Assembly (NCBI RefSeq): GCF_964355755.1
Contig: NC_092671.1
Span: 7,254,001 to 7,318,000 of the forward strand
Reading direction: 5' to 3'
DNA from: Antedon mediterranea
Taxonomy: Eukaryota; Animalia; Echinodermata
Length of the DNA: 64,000 bases
Both the position numbers and the translations under genes were made by a program. Below, piece after piece: positions 14,831-27,308 of the stretch. The number at the start of each line of letters is the position of its first letter. Positions within the stretch are counted from its first letter, which is position 1. The notes under the pieces were generated by a model. It did no database searches, had not been told where the DNA came from, and worked only from the letters and a program-made list of their open reading frames with translations.

Positions 14831-15457
14831 GTGTACTATATGTACTTTAGTATGTTAGAATAACATCAGTAACTGTCAATGAGGAGAACCAATTTCTTTA
14901 ATTGCCAAAATATGTTTACAAATTGAATATATTTGGTAGGTATTCATATCAGTTATATTTAATCATGTTGGTTTAATTTTGATGTTCTTCCAATTGTAAA
15001 TGTAAAATCAAATCATGGATAATACAAATACAAATACAAAGTATTGTACAACAAAAAAGATGTTCAGTTGTTATAATTATCCCTACAACCTCATGACATT
15101 TATTCCCTCCATTTAATTTTATTTTATCACTACATATTTCTCAAAAATCTGAAACAATATACTTGGATGACTCATTTCAAAGAATAAGCATAATTTATCA
15201 ATGTTATTAATGAACAACAGAATGGAAACTTCAGTTTTGGTTGATGTATTTTGGTTTTTCCTACTAACTGTTTCAGGTACGTCACATTTTAATGTATGAT
15301 ATTGCATCTTTTGACCATACAATCCTTCATGTTGGTTTTATCAATATACAGTAACCAAACTTTCTTACCAAATCATTTCCATTTGATAAAATAAGTTTAT
15401 TATATAGATTATTTAGAAAGAAACTTTGTATATTCAGATTTGAGCTGGGTTGTGAAT

Positions 15458-15613
15458 CAGTGGCATAACGGCTATGAGCGCTCACTGGCTAAAGCCATGG
15501 ACCCCAGAGCTCAAGGGGCCCCAGAGCATGACGAGTCCAATGCAACTACCCAGCTTAGGAGGACCCCTTAGAAGTGCTAAACCAGGACCTTTGCCCTGTG
15601 CGTTACTCCACTG
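15458..15613. mobile_element. hAT-type MITE
   Basis: CAGTGGCATAACG...CGTTACTCCACTG termini; exact 8-bp TSD TTGTGAAT (15450-15457, 15614-15621). Confidence 0.88.
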
Positions 15614-16639
15614 TTGTGAATGCTATTAGAGATAATTTAAAAGATTTGCATGTTTACAGAATAATTACATTATTGTAACGAATTAATTTTTTTAAATGGT
15701 GTATAATTTTTGTGCAGACTTTATAGTTATTAGCATATGATAAAATTATCAACCGACAATGTGATATATTTGGGGTTTAAATGATGAAATGAACATTTTT
15801 TTATGTAAAATATTTATTTTATTTCCCCCATTAAAAGTTTTGAATCGTGCAAACTTACCGTACCACCAACCACAAAATATTTTTTTAGTATAAAAATTAC
15901 ATTTTATGTCATACTGCGTAATTACGATACCATCTTTATTTTCAAATCATAAATAAATATTAGTATTGTATCTAATATTGTCTATCTGCAAGAAAAAAAA
16001 GGTGCAAAATATTTTTAATTGTTATCAAACAAAATACTATATTATTTATGTATTATAAACATAAATTTGAATAAATTAAAGTTGGTGTACTAAGATTGTT
16101 TGTTTGGACTAAAATGGTTGGATCCTTTTGCACAAAATCATGCCAAAATGTGCAGTACATGTTTTAAGATTCTATGCATATAAACTATGAACTCAAATTG
16201 TCTTGTACATCCGGCTTAAACATATTTGTTTGTTTGCCATCAAAAATAATTTTTTCACCTAAAAAAAATTGTAATAGTTCCTACTAAAGGAAATGACTAC
16301 ATTAGCTTTTATTGAGCGTTTTTCCCATGTGCCGCATTCAAAACCATATTTTATTTTGTTAAAACCTTTTCTGCTAAATTGATGGCAAACAAATGTTGCA
16401 TTTTAGGCCTATACAAAATATATATATAATTGTTCTATCAACCTAGCTAACAAATATTCTGTGATGATGCTAATTATGTATTCAAATTGATGCATCTAAT
16501 CTAAATATTGTTTTTTCAAAATGTGTATTTCATGTTCTTAGTCATACAAGGTGATAGGAAATTGCCTACATTCTTTGGTTGCTATGACAACCAATGTGGT
16601 TGGGTGACTGATTGCCTGGTGATAAAGAAATTGTGAATA

Positions 16640-16948
16640 CCGTACATCCTATGGTATAATCACACCTTTGGTCTAATCCCACCCCCTACTTTATGTATGA
16701 TTTCTCAAACAGGCATATCCCCGGGCATGGAGGTATAAAAACAGATACCTCCATGTCCCCGGGTATAGTCTCAGTATTGACTTTTGGTCTGGATGTAGCT
16801 CTTAGCCAGTTCAGTTCAGTTCAGCCAGTTTTTACAAGATATGCATACATTTTTTTGGGTTTCCCCGGGTATAGTCCCATCCTCTAGTCGGTCGGCCGGC
16901 CCAATTTCGTGTTCTAGGGGGGGTGGGATTATACCATAGGATATACGG
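16640..16948. mobile_element. Tc1/mariner (pogo-type) MITE with internal hairpin
   Basis: ~27-bp TIRs CCGTA(C/T)ATCCTATGGTATAATC.., TA flanks; internal inverted repeat at ~16718-16765. Confidence 0.8.
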
Positions 16949-17932
16949 TAGTTTGTAATGTTTATACTAAAAGGGCTTGTATAGCATGTACTGTACATGA
17001 TTGAGTGTGACTTTTTAAAACCATGAGGAAAGAAAGACATTACAGATTGAATTCTTGGGAAATCAGTCCATCGCATATTCCCTCATATTAGTTTACTCTT
17101 TGGAGAGACGCATTTTAACACGCACGTTCAAAAGCTGATGATAATTGTTACGGCGTTTGTATGTGCGCGTTTAAATGCGATTAATAATTCGTCCACTTTT
17201 CATCTCATAATGTCACTGATGCTCTAGTTGTAAGTGCGATTAATTTTATTCAATTTATTATGTATAAGTGAGAGTCTATAATAGGTTCACCTCTGCCTTT
17301 CTGACTACACCAATAAAATTTAGAGTAACCAAGTATAAAATACTGCCAATGTGTCTCATTTGTTTTTATAGTACATTTTATGTATTCTGCGATTATCAAT
17401 ATTATGAATATCTATAGTAGTTCAGTGGAATGCCCAGGTAAATAATTTCGCTAAATGGATAATGGAGACTGGAGAGAAAAAGAAACAAATTAAAAAATCT
17501 TGATGGTGGACGTGTGGCTCAAATTCAACTGTGGATTTATTTAAAAATTGAGGGTGACTTACAGATGTGGTAAGGGGAAATTGGTTTCATAATCGGAGTT
17601 TAAGGACGGAAAACTGCCACCAGTCCACTGCCTGGTTTTCATAAGTAACCTAATATTAAGACGAGTTTTTCAATTACCTGTATAAATAGTGTACAGTATA
17701 AAGTATCCATGAATTTTTATTTTATTCTAATGTAACCTAGTGAATTTCATTCATTTGTATATTTGTAATTATGTTGTAATTATGGTTATAAGCTCTTGCT
17801 CATAAAATAAATATTTCTACAATGGTGATCAAAATAAAAAAATATTAAGTAATTTGATTGGTTGTGTGGTTATGCATATAATTAATAAATACTGCGTAGA
17901 CATGACTCGCATTCTTTCTCGGCGGGATCATC

Positions 17933-19618
17933 CGTATCCGGATATTCACCCCCTGGACATTTACCCCCCGGACAACTACCCCCCGGACAACCACCACCTG
18001 GACCACTACCCCCTTAGGACAACTACCCCTTTAGGACAACTACCCCCCGGACAAATACCCCCCGGACAACTACCCCCTTAGGACAACAACCCCCTTAGGA
18101 CAACTACCCCCTGGACAACTACCCCCCGGACAATTACCCCCTAGGAACAATTACCCCCCGGACAATTACCACCCGGACAATTACCCCCCGGACAATTACC
18201 ACCCAGAAAACTATCCCTTTAGAACACCCTAACCACCCAGACCATTCAACAACCTGACTCTGCAACAGTGTATAATAGGAATTAATAACTATATTTTAAT
18301 TCGTTACTTTGACGAATTACTATTCATTATTGTAAACAAAAGTAAAAGATTGAACATAAATATAGCCTGGTATAAACTGAAGATTGTCACACATGATCAT
18401 AGGATAGTCGAACGTATTATAGTACTCCCTGTATTTACTGTAAATACTGGGTTCGCTAATAATAATAATAATAATTTTTGCGTCAGGACAATGCTTCGAT
18501 AACCACTGGTCTTAAAAGAATTAATTTTTGTCTCAAATTTGTCATATATGTATTTTTGTACACTTGAAGAATAATATCACTTTTGATATTTGACCTCAAT
18601 TTTCACTCACCGAATAAACGTCGATCTTTAAATAAATTCCCCTCAAATAAACGGTGACCATGTCACTCCCATGAAACATCATATGAAATAATCGGCGTCT
18701 ATTTCCATTAGATTCTCCCATTGAATAAACAACTTTCTTCCAATAAATGTCCACCTAAAAACCACCTAAACAATAAACAGCCCAGGCCGTTTTTTCAATA
18801 AATACGGTACTTTAAATCTAGCACATCTAGGGTCTAGCGTGCTGTTAAACAGAATAATCGGTTAAAAACGGGTGTTTCGAAACTAGAGACCCGAGACCAG
18901 AGACCAGAGACCCGAGACCCAATACGAAAAGGGAGACCTAAATATACGAAAAGGGAGACCCACGTACGAAAAGGGAGACCCCACTATACGAAAAGGGAGA
19001 CCCCACTATACGAAAAGGGAGACCCTAATATACGAAAAGGGAGACCTAAATATACGAAAAGGGAGACCCAAATATACAAAATGGGAGACCCAAATATACG
19101 AAAAGGGAGACCCACTATAAGAAAAGGGAGACCCACTATAAGAAAAGGGAGACCCCACTATACGAAAAGAGAGACCACACTATACGAAAAGGGAGACCCT
19201 AATATACGAAAAGGGAGACCCAATAGGTCTCCCTTTTCGTATTGGGTCTCGTTTCAGGTCTCTGGTCTCGGGTCTCTAGTTTCGAAACACCCGTTAAAAA
19301 CAGATGATTTCATTTTTACAGAAACCGGTCCTATATATTTGTCTACTTTTGGATGGGGGGGGGGGGTAGTTGACCGGGGGGGTAGTTGACCGGGGGGTAG
19401 TTACCCGGGGGGTAGTTATCCTAAGGGGGTAGTTGTCCTAAGGGGGTGGTTGTCCGGGGGGTAGTTGTCCGGGGGGTTGTTATCCTAAGGGGGTAGTTGT
19501 CCTAAGGGGGTAGTTGTCCGGGGGGTAGTTGTCCGGGGGGTAGTTGTCCTAAGGGGGTAGTTGTCCGGGTGGTAAACATCCGGGGGGTAACTGTCTAGGG
19601 GGTAGGTGTCCTAGAACC
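17933..19618. mobile_element. Foldback-like non-autonomous DNA transposon with inverted subterminal minisatellites
   Basis: 17-19-bp GGACAACTACCCCC units at ~17940-18240 and their reverse complement at ~19355-19615; exact 8-bp flanking duplication GGATCATC (17925-17932, 19619-19626). Confidence 0.8.
18870..19292. mobile_element. Mutator-like MITE nested in the foldback element, with internal 21-22-bp repeats
   Basis: TIR GGGTGTTTCGAAACTAGAGACCCGAGACCAGAGACC at both ends; 9-bp TSD GTTAAAAAC; TATACGAAAAGGGAGACCC tandem units. Confidence 0.88.
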
Positions 19619-19731
19619 GGATCATCACCTAAAAATAGTCATGACTTTATCTGCGCATGTGCATTAAAAAGCCAACAATAACAACAGCACATGGTGTGTG
19701 TGGCGTTTAGTTTCTTTCCACAAACATTAAA

Positions 19732-22041
19732 ATGGCCAAGAATCCCGTCCCAAAATCTTATGATTTTCTTTTTAAATGTGTGGTTATTGGAGACTATGGT
19801 GTTGGGAAGACTTCAATAGTAATGAGGTTTACAGATGATACTTTTGATACGTTTCCAGCTACTATAGGTAAGAGAGTAGACTAGCCTCTAGTAGGGCCTA
19901 GCTAGTTTTAGGCCTAGAACTAGGTTTAAAAAGTAGTTTAGGCCTAATAAATGAAGAAAACACACCCACCACCCTTTTCCACAGAAGTCTACTCTGGATA
20001 GAGTGGGCCTATCCTCTCGTTTAGAGGTGTAGGGCCAGGTTGAGAAGACCAGAAGGAACCTCAAACTTTCAAATATGACTATACTACTAGCATGAGGCCT
20101 CTCAACACCCCACATAATAATTAATACTTACTGTTCTGTGTTAGTGTTAAATAACGTTGCGCATTAACATTTTTACTTTATGCAGGAGTTGATTTCAAGC
20201 TTAGGACAATAGAACTAGATGGAAAGAAAATCAAATTACAAATTTGGTAAGTTAGTAGGCTTTTTGGTATGGGACTACAATCAGTGATTTGATATAAAAG
20301 GGTTTATTTTTTATCAAAAGACGTCTTCCTCCTCCCATAATAAAATTGTAGTCTAATTTGGATTCAAGATCGATTCAATTTTTCTGCTTTTTAGGGATTT
20401 ACGAATGTCTGGAACCCGCTGCAAGAGTGTTTCAAATGTTTATTACAGAGGTACAGGGGTAATTTAAATTCATTTATTTGCTAAATGCTCTGTTTATTTT
20501 AGGGATACACCTGCAGGAGAAAGAAGAAGAGTTTATGTTCTTCCCTCACATTACAGAGGAACAACGGTAATTGAATAAAATGCTATTTTAAAATATCCAT
20601 ATTCGTGACTGAGCTGTTTTGAGCAAATAATCACCAGCTAGCTCCTCAAACTCCTAATAATAAATTCAATTCAGTTTTCAATGTAGTATGTTTTATGTTT
20701 GAAAAAAATTTTATCTGGTTACGATTTAGTAATAGGAGTGTTTTTGCACTAAACATGCTATTATTTCAGGGTATTATGGTTGTATATGATATCACAAATA
20801 AAGAATCTTTTGAGAACTGTCAAGTATGGCTGAATGACATCAAAGAGGTAATTTTATCTAGGTATTACTATAATTTATTTAAATAAAATGTTGATATGAT
20901 ATTGACATGCCACTAGGGTGGAACACGTTCTAATATTAAGATATATTATGCTTACTTACTTAGAAAGCATCACCAGATGTGGAAATAATTCTTTTAGGAT
21001 CTAAATGTGATGAAGATGATGAAAAAAGACAAGTTTCCCAAGAACAGGGACAACAGGTAGGCTGTGTATTAAAAACTGTTGTAAACAAATAAATATACTA
21101 TGCATTCAAGATAAATGTTTTGCACAGCGTGTCATGATTCTAGCCCCCAAAAACACTTAAATTATAAAGCTCCGTCTACACTATCAAACTAGTTTGACAA
21201 AAAAGTGTGATGTGCCCAAATATGGTAGTGATATTACATCATCATGTCCATATATGGGCACATCACATTTTTTTGTTACATAAAGTTTTATAGTGTAGAC
21301 AGAGCTTTTGATTGGGCGGTGGTTTTAAAGGCCATTGCAATATACAATCTAAAACCTTTCTAAAATTTCATATTCCTAGCTCTTTCTTTTGAAGTGATGA
21401 TGAGAAGAAGTTTTTAATATGATACAGTAACACGTTTATATTTTCTTTTTCAGTTGGCCACAGAGTATGGAATTAAATTCATGGAAACAAGTGCAAAAGA
21501 GGCTATCAATATAGAAATGGTAAGGATTGATATCAATAAATGTTGAATGATGATGTTACATTAAAAACATTTACAGCATTGTGAGCAACATATCTAGAAT
21601 TATTTTAGTAAAACAATTTTTTGTCTGCATTTTATTTAGTTTGAATGTGGAATTCTATACAAACTTTTATGATTTTTATGTTGATGGAAGTCTGTGTTCT
21701 CATAAAGCAGAAAATAAGCCTAGTTCTGTATCAATAATAATAAAATAATGTTATAATCCAGGAAAACATTAACAGTTTCTTTATATAATCATCTCTGTTT
21801 TTGTTTATTCAAAAGGCTTTTTTTACACTGACAGAAGATGTACTAGCAAAGAAAAGTATTGAATTGGTAAAGTTGCTTTACAGTTCATTAAGTAAAACAA
21901 TATATCAATTATCATAATTATTCAAACCTTTGTATGATGACTCGTTTTAATTGATAGATATTTTTACTTATATTGTAGACAGAAGAACCATTGGAGAAAA
22001 AGAAAGAAAAATCAAGAAAATCAGGCTGTTGTGTCCTTTGA
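19732..22041 (+). CDS. Divergent Rab8-like paralog 2 with duplicated exon 3
   Basis: Exons 19732-19867, 20186-20246, [20395-20458 or 20503-20566], 20770-20847, 20964-21056, 21454-21519, 21816-21866, 21979-22041. Same intron phases as Rab8. Motifs [19 protein letters not shown]-terminus GCCVL. Intact ORF. Confidence 0.92.
20395..20458 (+). CDS. Paralog-2 exon 3a (switch II variant: [22 protein letters not shown])
   Basis: TTTTTAG acceptor, GTAATT donor, 64 nt, phase 2 to 0, retains WD...YYRG. Confidence 0.7.
20503..20566 (+). CDS. Paralog-2 exon 3b (switch II variant: [22 protein letters not shown])
   Basis: TTTTAG acceptor, GTAATT donor, 64 nt, phase 2 to 0. Confidence 0.8.
21168..21306. 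mobile_element. Family-1 MITE (reverse orientation)
   Basis: Same TIRs and internal units. Confidence 0.8.
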
Positions 22042-23315
22042 AGATCAGTATCACATATTAAACAGAAGGGAGCATTTTCTTGTCAAACCAATGAGGAGCA
22101 ATATTTGTTAACACTACAGCTAACCCCTATTCATGATATGGGGTATTAGGGGGACAATTCCTGTGAAACAAACAAGCATTAGTATATGTTGTCACACTAC
22201 TGCCTACACTACCCCCTATTAAAGTGATAATTTGTTGAGTTCTGGAGGTGATCTCTTAATATACTGTATGTTCTACTGTATATTCCATTCAGGATTGTGT
22301 GATTTCCTAAACTCTTAATTTTGTTTTTGACAGCAGGAGTTTTTTTTTTCGTCCTTTCTTTGTAAATTTATATTGTTTTAAGAAAATATCTGTTTTCATT
22401 TAATAGTAACATTTTATATTGTAAAGTATACAGTGTGTAAAACTATAGTATATAATATCTATTTTTAATACATAGCCAATATTGTGCACAAATAAATATT
22501 AGTGTAGTTTTTTAGAGGGTAAAATCTTTGTATGGTACAGTATATTGTAACCAGTTGAAGGTGCTTTGCAAGTCTTACTTAAGTAATGGTGAGTCTTAAT
22601 ACTGTGACTGAAGAAGGATACGAACCAAGAACAAATGGCTCTGAGATTGGTAACCAATTAGTACAGGGAAAAAAATACAATTCTGTTACTGATATTTTTA
22701 TTTGAATTTGAAAATCTGAAAAGATATGCATCATCAAGAACAATAAATTCAAGTATGTTATGAAAAAATAAATGTAAATATTAAAAGAATAATTTTAAAC
22801 CTATTTATCTTTTACCAATAACACCAAGAAAGAGTGAATTCATTCTTCCCTGATTGAAACTATACCAAATAAATTATTTGTATATAATAATGTAAATAAT
22901 GAGAAAATGGAGATAGTGCGCATAGTGTCCGTCTAGATTGTTGAACAAATACAAGAGTATGATCACGTTTTAAGTCGCCCCATAAATCTAGATTTGTTTG
23001 TCATTTTGTTTTTTTAATTTTGCGCTTGGGACTATTCCATTTTGTACTGTAGGGATTGTCTTCCTTAAATGTAGTAAATGATTCACGACACTTTATTACT
23101 ATTTTTTATTCTGATCCTACAATAATTTATGAAAGATGATAATGTTTTAAAATTGCATAATGGGAAGTATCACTGCGTTCTTGAAGAAAAAAATAAAAAC
23201 AATATTTCCGTAATAATTTCCTAAAATATCGATGACTTTTATTTGCGCATGGGCGATGAGATGTTTTTTGTTCGCGTGTGTAATTGTTTTTAGTTTCTCT
23301 GTCTCGCTGTATCAA

Positions 23316-25899
23316 ATGGCCACCAAAAAGTACAATTTTCTTTTAAAGTTCGTTATAATAGGAGATAGTCGTGTTGGGAAGAGTTCATTACTGTTGAGAT
23401 TTGTAGATGATACTTTCGACCCGTCGTTTATATGCACAATAGGTAAGAAAAACATGGTTAAAGTAGCTAGGCCTAGCTGAGTGAATCCTCTTCCTTGGGC
23501 AGACGATGCACGTTTCGTATACTGTACAGTAATATAATTAGGTTGACTCAAATCCATGGCGCGCCACCAAGGACAAATCTTAATCGAGTTATTTTATAGT
23601 TTATTTTATAAATGTTGAAATATGTTCTAAACAATGTACTGGTATTCCAGTTTACAATTGGAAGGAAAAGGATGTCTTTTGTTTAAAGAAACGATTTACA
23701 AATTAATGATAAAAGTAAGTACGAGTATTACGATTCTTAATCTTATACAGGTGTAGGTGTTTTTTTACAATAATATATATTGTAATTTTAAGAGGAAATG
23801 GTAATTACAAATACATACCTTGTTTAAAGATGAAATACACACGAAAAATGAATAATATATATATATTTAAATTAAATAAATTATTGTTTTTCTAGGAATT
23901 GATTTCAAGGTTAGGACAATTGAAATAGATGGAAAAAAAGTTAAATTACAAATTTGGTAAGTATGTCAAGTTTTATTGTAAGAATGTAATTTTGCAACAA
24001 TTTTATTTTAAGTAGTTTTTTTACAACAAATTTTTACTATTTTTTTTATATTATTATCTCATGTAAGTTGCAGGTTTCCTGTTAAGTGGGATTTTGTAAA
24101 AGTGAACAAAAATGTTTTAAAAGTTACTATTACAATATGTATAAATGAGAATGAAATAAAACGTTTGATCACAACACTAAAGGAGAAAATGTTACCTCCG
24201 AAGATGCTAAATTAAGTTCTTATGTTTATATTTAGGGATATACCTGGTTCTGAAAGAATAATGTGTCTTATGCCGTCATATTACAGAGGATCAAAGGTAA
24301 TTTCACAGAGTATCAATTTATTGTTTGTCTTTATTATTATTTACGTGTTGACATAATAATTCTTACTATAAACTGTTATTCTTTCAGGGTATTATAGTTG
24401 TATATGACATTACCAACATCAAATCTTTTGAAAACAGTCGAGTATGGCTAGATAATGTTAAAGAGGTGTGTAGATGTAAACGTGTAATATTTAAACTTTA
24501 ATTTGTAAAGATATAATGTATCCAACGATGTAGGTCCTGGTTGAGGTGAGGGAATTAATTAGGTGTCAATTGTTCTTCTTCGCTTTTAGACGGCAAACAG
24601 CTAACATTTGATAATTATTTTTTTTACATTTTCGATTCTCGATTGCAACGTCACCTCTATTTTCTTACGATTCGTTTTTTAATTTGTATTTTGTAGAAAG
24701 CATCAGAAGATGTTGAGTTAATGCTCTTAGGAAACAAATGTGATGAGGAAGATAAACAAGTTTCAGAAGAAGATGGGCAACAAGTAATTAATAACTTACT
24801 AAAACCATTCAGAAAAACAATTGTCGTATTCTAATGGAAACTTTTGTTGAATACTTTTTATATTCGAATTGTAAATTTGTGCTCAACAGAACGTCATTCG
24901 AATAGAAAACGTTGACAACGCAAGCTTTTTCGTTAAGAAGAATCTCAAAGCTCAAAATACTCTCTGAGTACTGTACTCAACGGAAAAAACTGTACTCAAT
25001 GGTAAAAGTCCCACTCGAATACAAAAAATACAATGATGATGGTCCTTAGTTTGGTTCCTTGATTATGGACCACTGTCTAATCAAAGTGAATAACAAAAAA
25101 TGATTTGGATTTAACTTCTTTTTTTAAAGAAAAACATCAATATCTTATAATCACAATAATATACAGTTGAGTAATGATTTTTAAAAAAAATGAATTGTAA
25201 AGCTCCTTCTACACTATCAAAATAGTGACAAAAAAAATGTAATTTGTGACATCACCGTGTCTATTATATTATATTGCTGCATCTCATTTTTTGTCACATA
25301 AAGCCTTTGAAAATATTTGTTTCTTCATTTTCAGTTGGCTGCAGAATATGGAATGAAGTTCATGGAAACAAGTGCAAAGGAAGCTATTAATGTAGAAAAG
25401 GTAAGCCAAGATAAAAGTGATATCTAAGAGAAAATAATGAATAGTCTCTTTCTTTATACAGTAATACTGTATATTCTGTTATTTTCTTTAAGGCATTTAT
25501 CACACTTGCAGAAGATGTATTTGCCAAAATGAGCATGGAATTGGTAAGGATTTTTACAAATAAAAATTATCTTCAAATCAAAATAAGATTTAATTAAGTC
25601 ATAATATTAAGAAAAAAACCTGTTTTTTTAATATACATTCTAAATTGAAATTGTTTATGATCTTGGGTTTTTAAATATTTATATATATATTTATATTTGT
25701 ATTTTATTGTTAACTGTATTTGATGTTGTATTGTTTTATGTTTCAAACCTGTTAGTAGCGGTAATTATCACTGTTGGTTTTGATTGAATAAAATAAAAAT
25801 AAAATAAGATTTTCAATTAGACGTTTTTATTTACAGCAGGAGGCATCACCAGAAAAGAGCACAGAAAAAACAAGAAAATCAGGCTGTTTTGTTCTTTGA
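23316..25899 (+). CDS. Divergent Rab8-like paralog 3
   Basis: Exons 23316-23442, 23896-23956, 24236-24296, 24388-24465, 24697-24783, 25335-25400, 25493-25543, 25837-25899 (CAGCAG tandem acceptor on the last). Motifs [27 protein letters not shown]-terminal CFVL. Intact ORF. Confidence 0.93.
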
Positions 25900-27308
25900 T
25901 TTCATATCAGTGGTTCATGGATTTGTGCGTTGCAGATCTATAAAATAATCTTCCATGATGTCAGATTGATTTAAGTATGCATTAGAATAATATATAAATT
26001 CACTGCTTTTTTAAAACTAAATATCTCTTTGCTTTTAAATTATACATTCGGCGCCATTTATCTCCAGTCGCGGTTCATCTTTTACATCTATATCGATTAT
26101 TGATGACTACACCCAAAAGGTTATACATGCCTACTACAGAATCATCCAGTTTCATAGCATGTTTCGCCAGTCTCAGCCAGTCTCAGCCGTCAAAATGTCA
26201 TACTAGGCCCACTACTAACTGCCCCACTATTAATAACGTACCATTAAATAAAAAATAAATATTCACGAAAAGTTGTCAAGCTGGGTTTAAGTTATTTGTT
26301 TAATATGTTGTTTTGCACGTTAGTCTGAATGCTTGGTGGTTATGATGCTTGGCTACCAATGGGTTCAAGTCCTCTAATATGTCAGGATTTATTCTAATGA
26401 CAAATTTCACTCTCAAAGACTTTGTTTATGTAGAGCATCTTGTGTATGTTTGTGTTGTTTGATAGTGAATGATATTATGGTTATCCTTGGTAATTTGCCT
26501 AAATATATAATAAAACAAAATCAACTTAAATCCTGGGGCAGAAAAATAGGTGCTGGCGACAGTACAGTATATGAATTCCTGATAATACACAAACTCAAAG
26601 TAAAGTTTTCATCCATCCAGTCTATACCAAAGTATCGGGTCGGATCGAAAAAGTACAGTGTTTAAATGAATGTTTGAAATAGAGACATTTCTTACTTTGT
26701 TTATTTAGCCTTGTTTTAGTGTTAAACGATAAATGAAACTACAGTTTATTTGTTATTTTGATAACATTCTAGATTAACTTCTGTGTCATGTTTTGACAAA
26801 GCCTCACACACGAACGTGATTCATTTCACCCGTTGACGACATAAAAAGCAAAACATTTTTTTTGTGCATTTTTTATGTATTATTTATATAATATTCAGGG
26901 TCAAATATTATTTATATTTATTTATTTTGAACATAAACATATGTTTCATTATTATGTATTTCCATTTTATGAAACAAAAAACATTGTGAAAGTTGCAGCG
27001 GTACTTGTATAACAATTCTAGCGATTAGTATCAAATACATCTTTTGAAAGCAGGTAGGGCCTACAGTATGTATCTTTGTTTTTTTATATCAATGAAGAGT
27101 GTCACTTTAAGCGTATTTTCCATTTTATAAAGATTGTAGTCGTATTATTCTCCTTAATATGGTGACGGCAAGTATAGGTCTACTTCTGCGCTATTTTGCA
27201 TGAACACATTAGTTTTGTATTATATTTGGTATAGATAATGGAATGTTTTCAGGATAGGTTTTGCTTCAAGAATCAATGTTAATTAATTTCTTAGTACAGA
27301 TTTGCAAG

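Noticed and set aside
17854-19389. Pro-rich and RKGRP-repeat ORFs
   Set aside because: Translations of transposon-internal tandem repeats.
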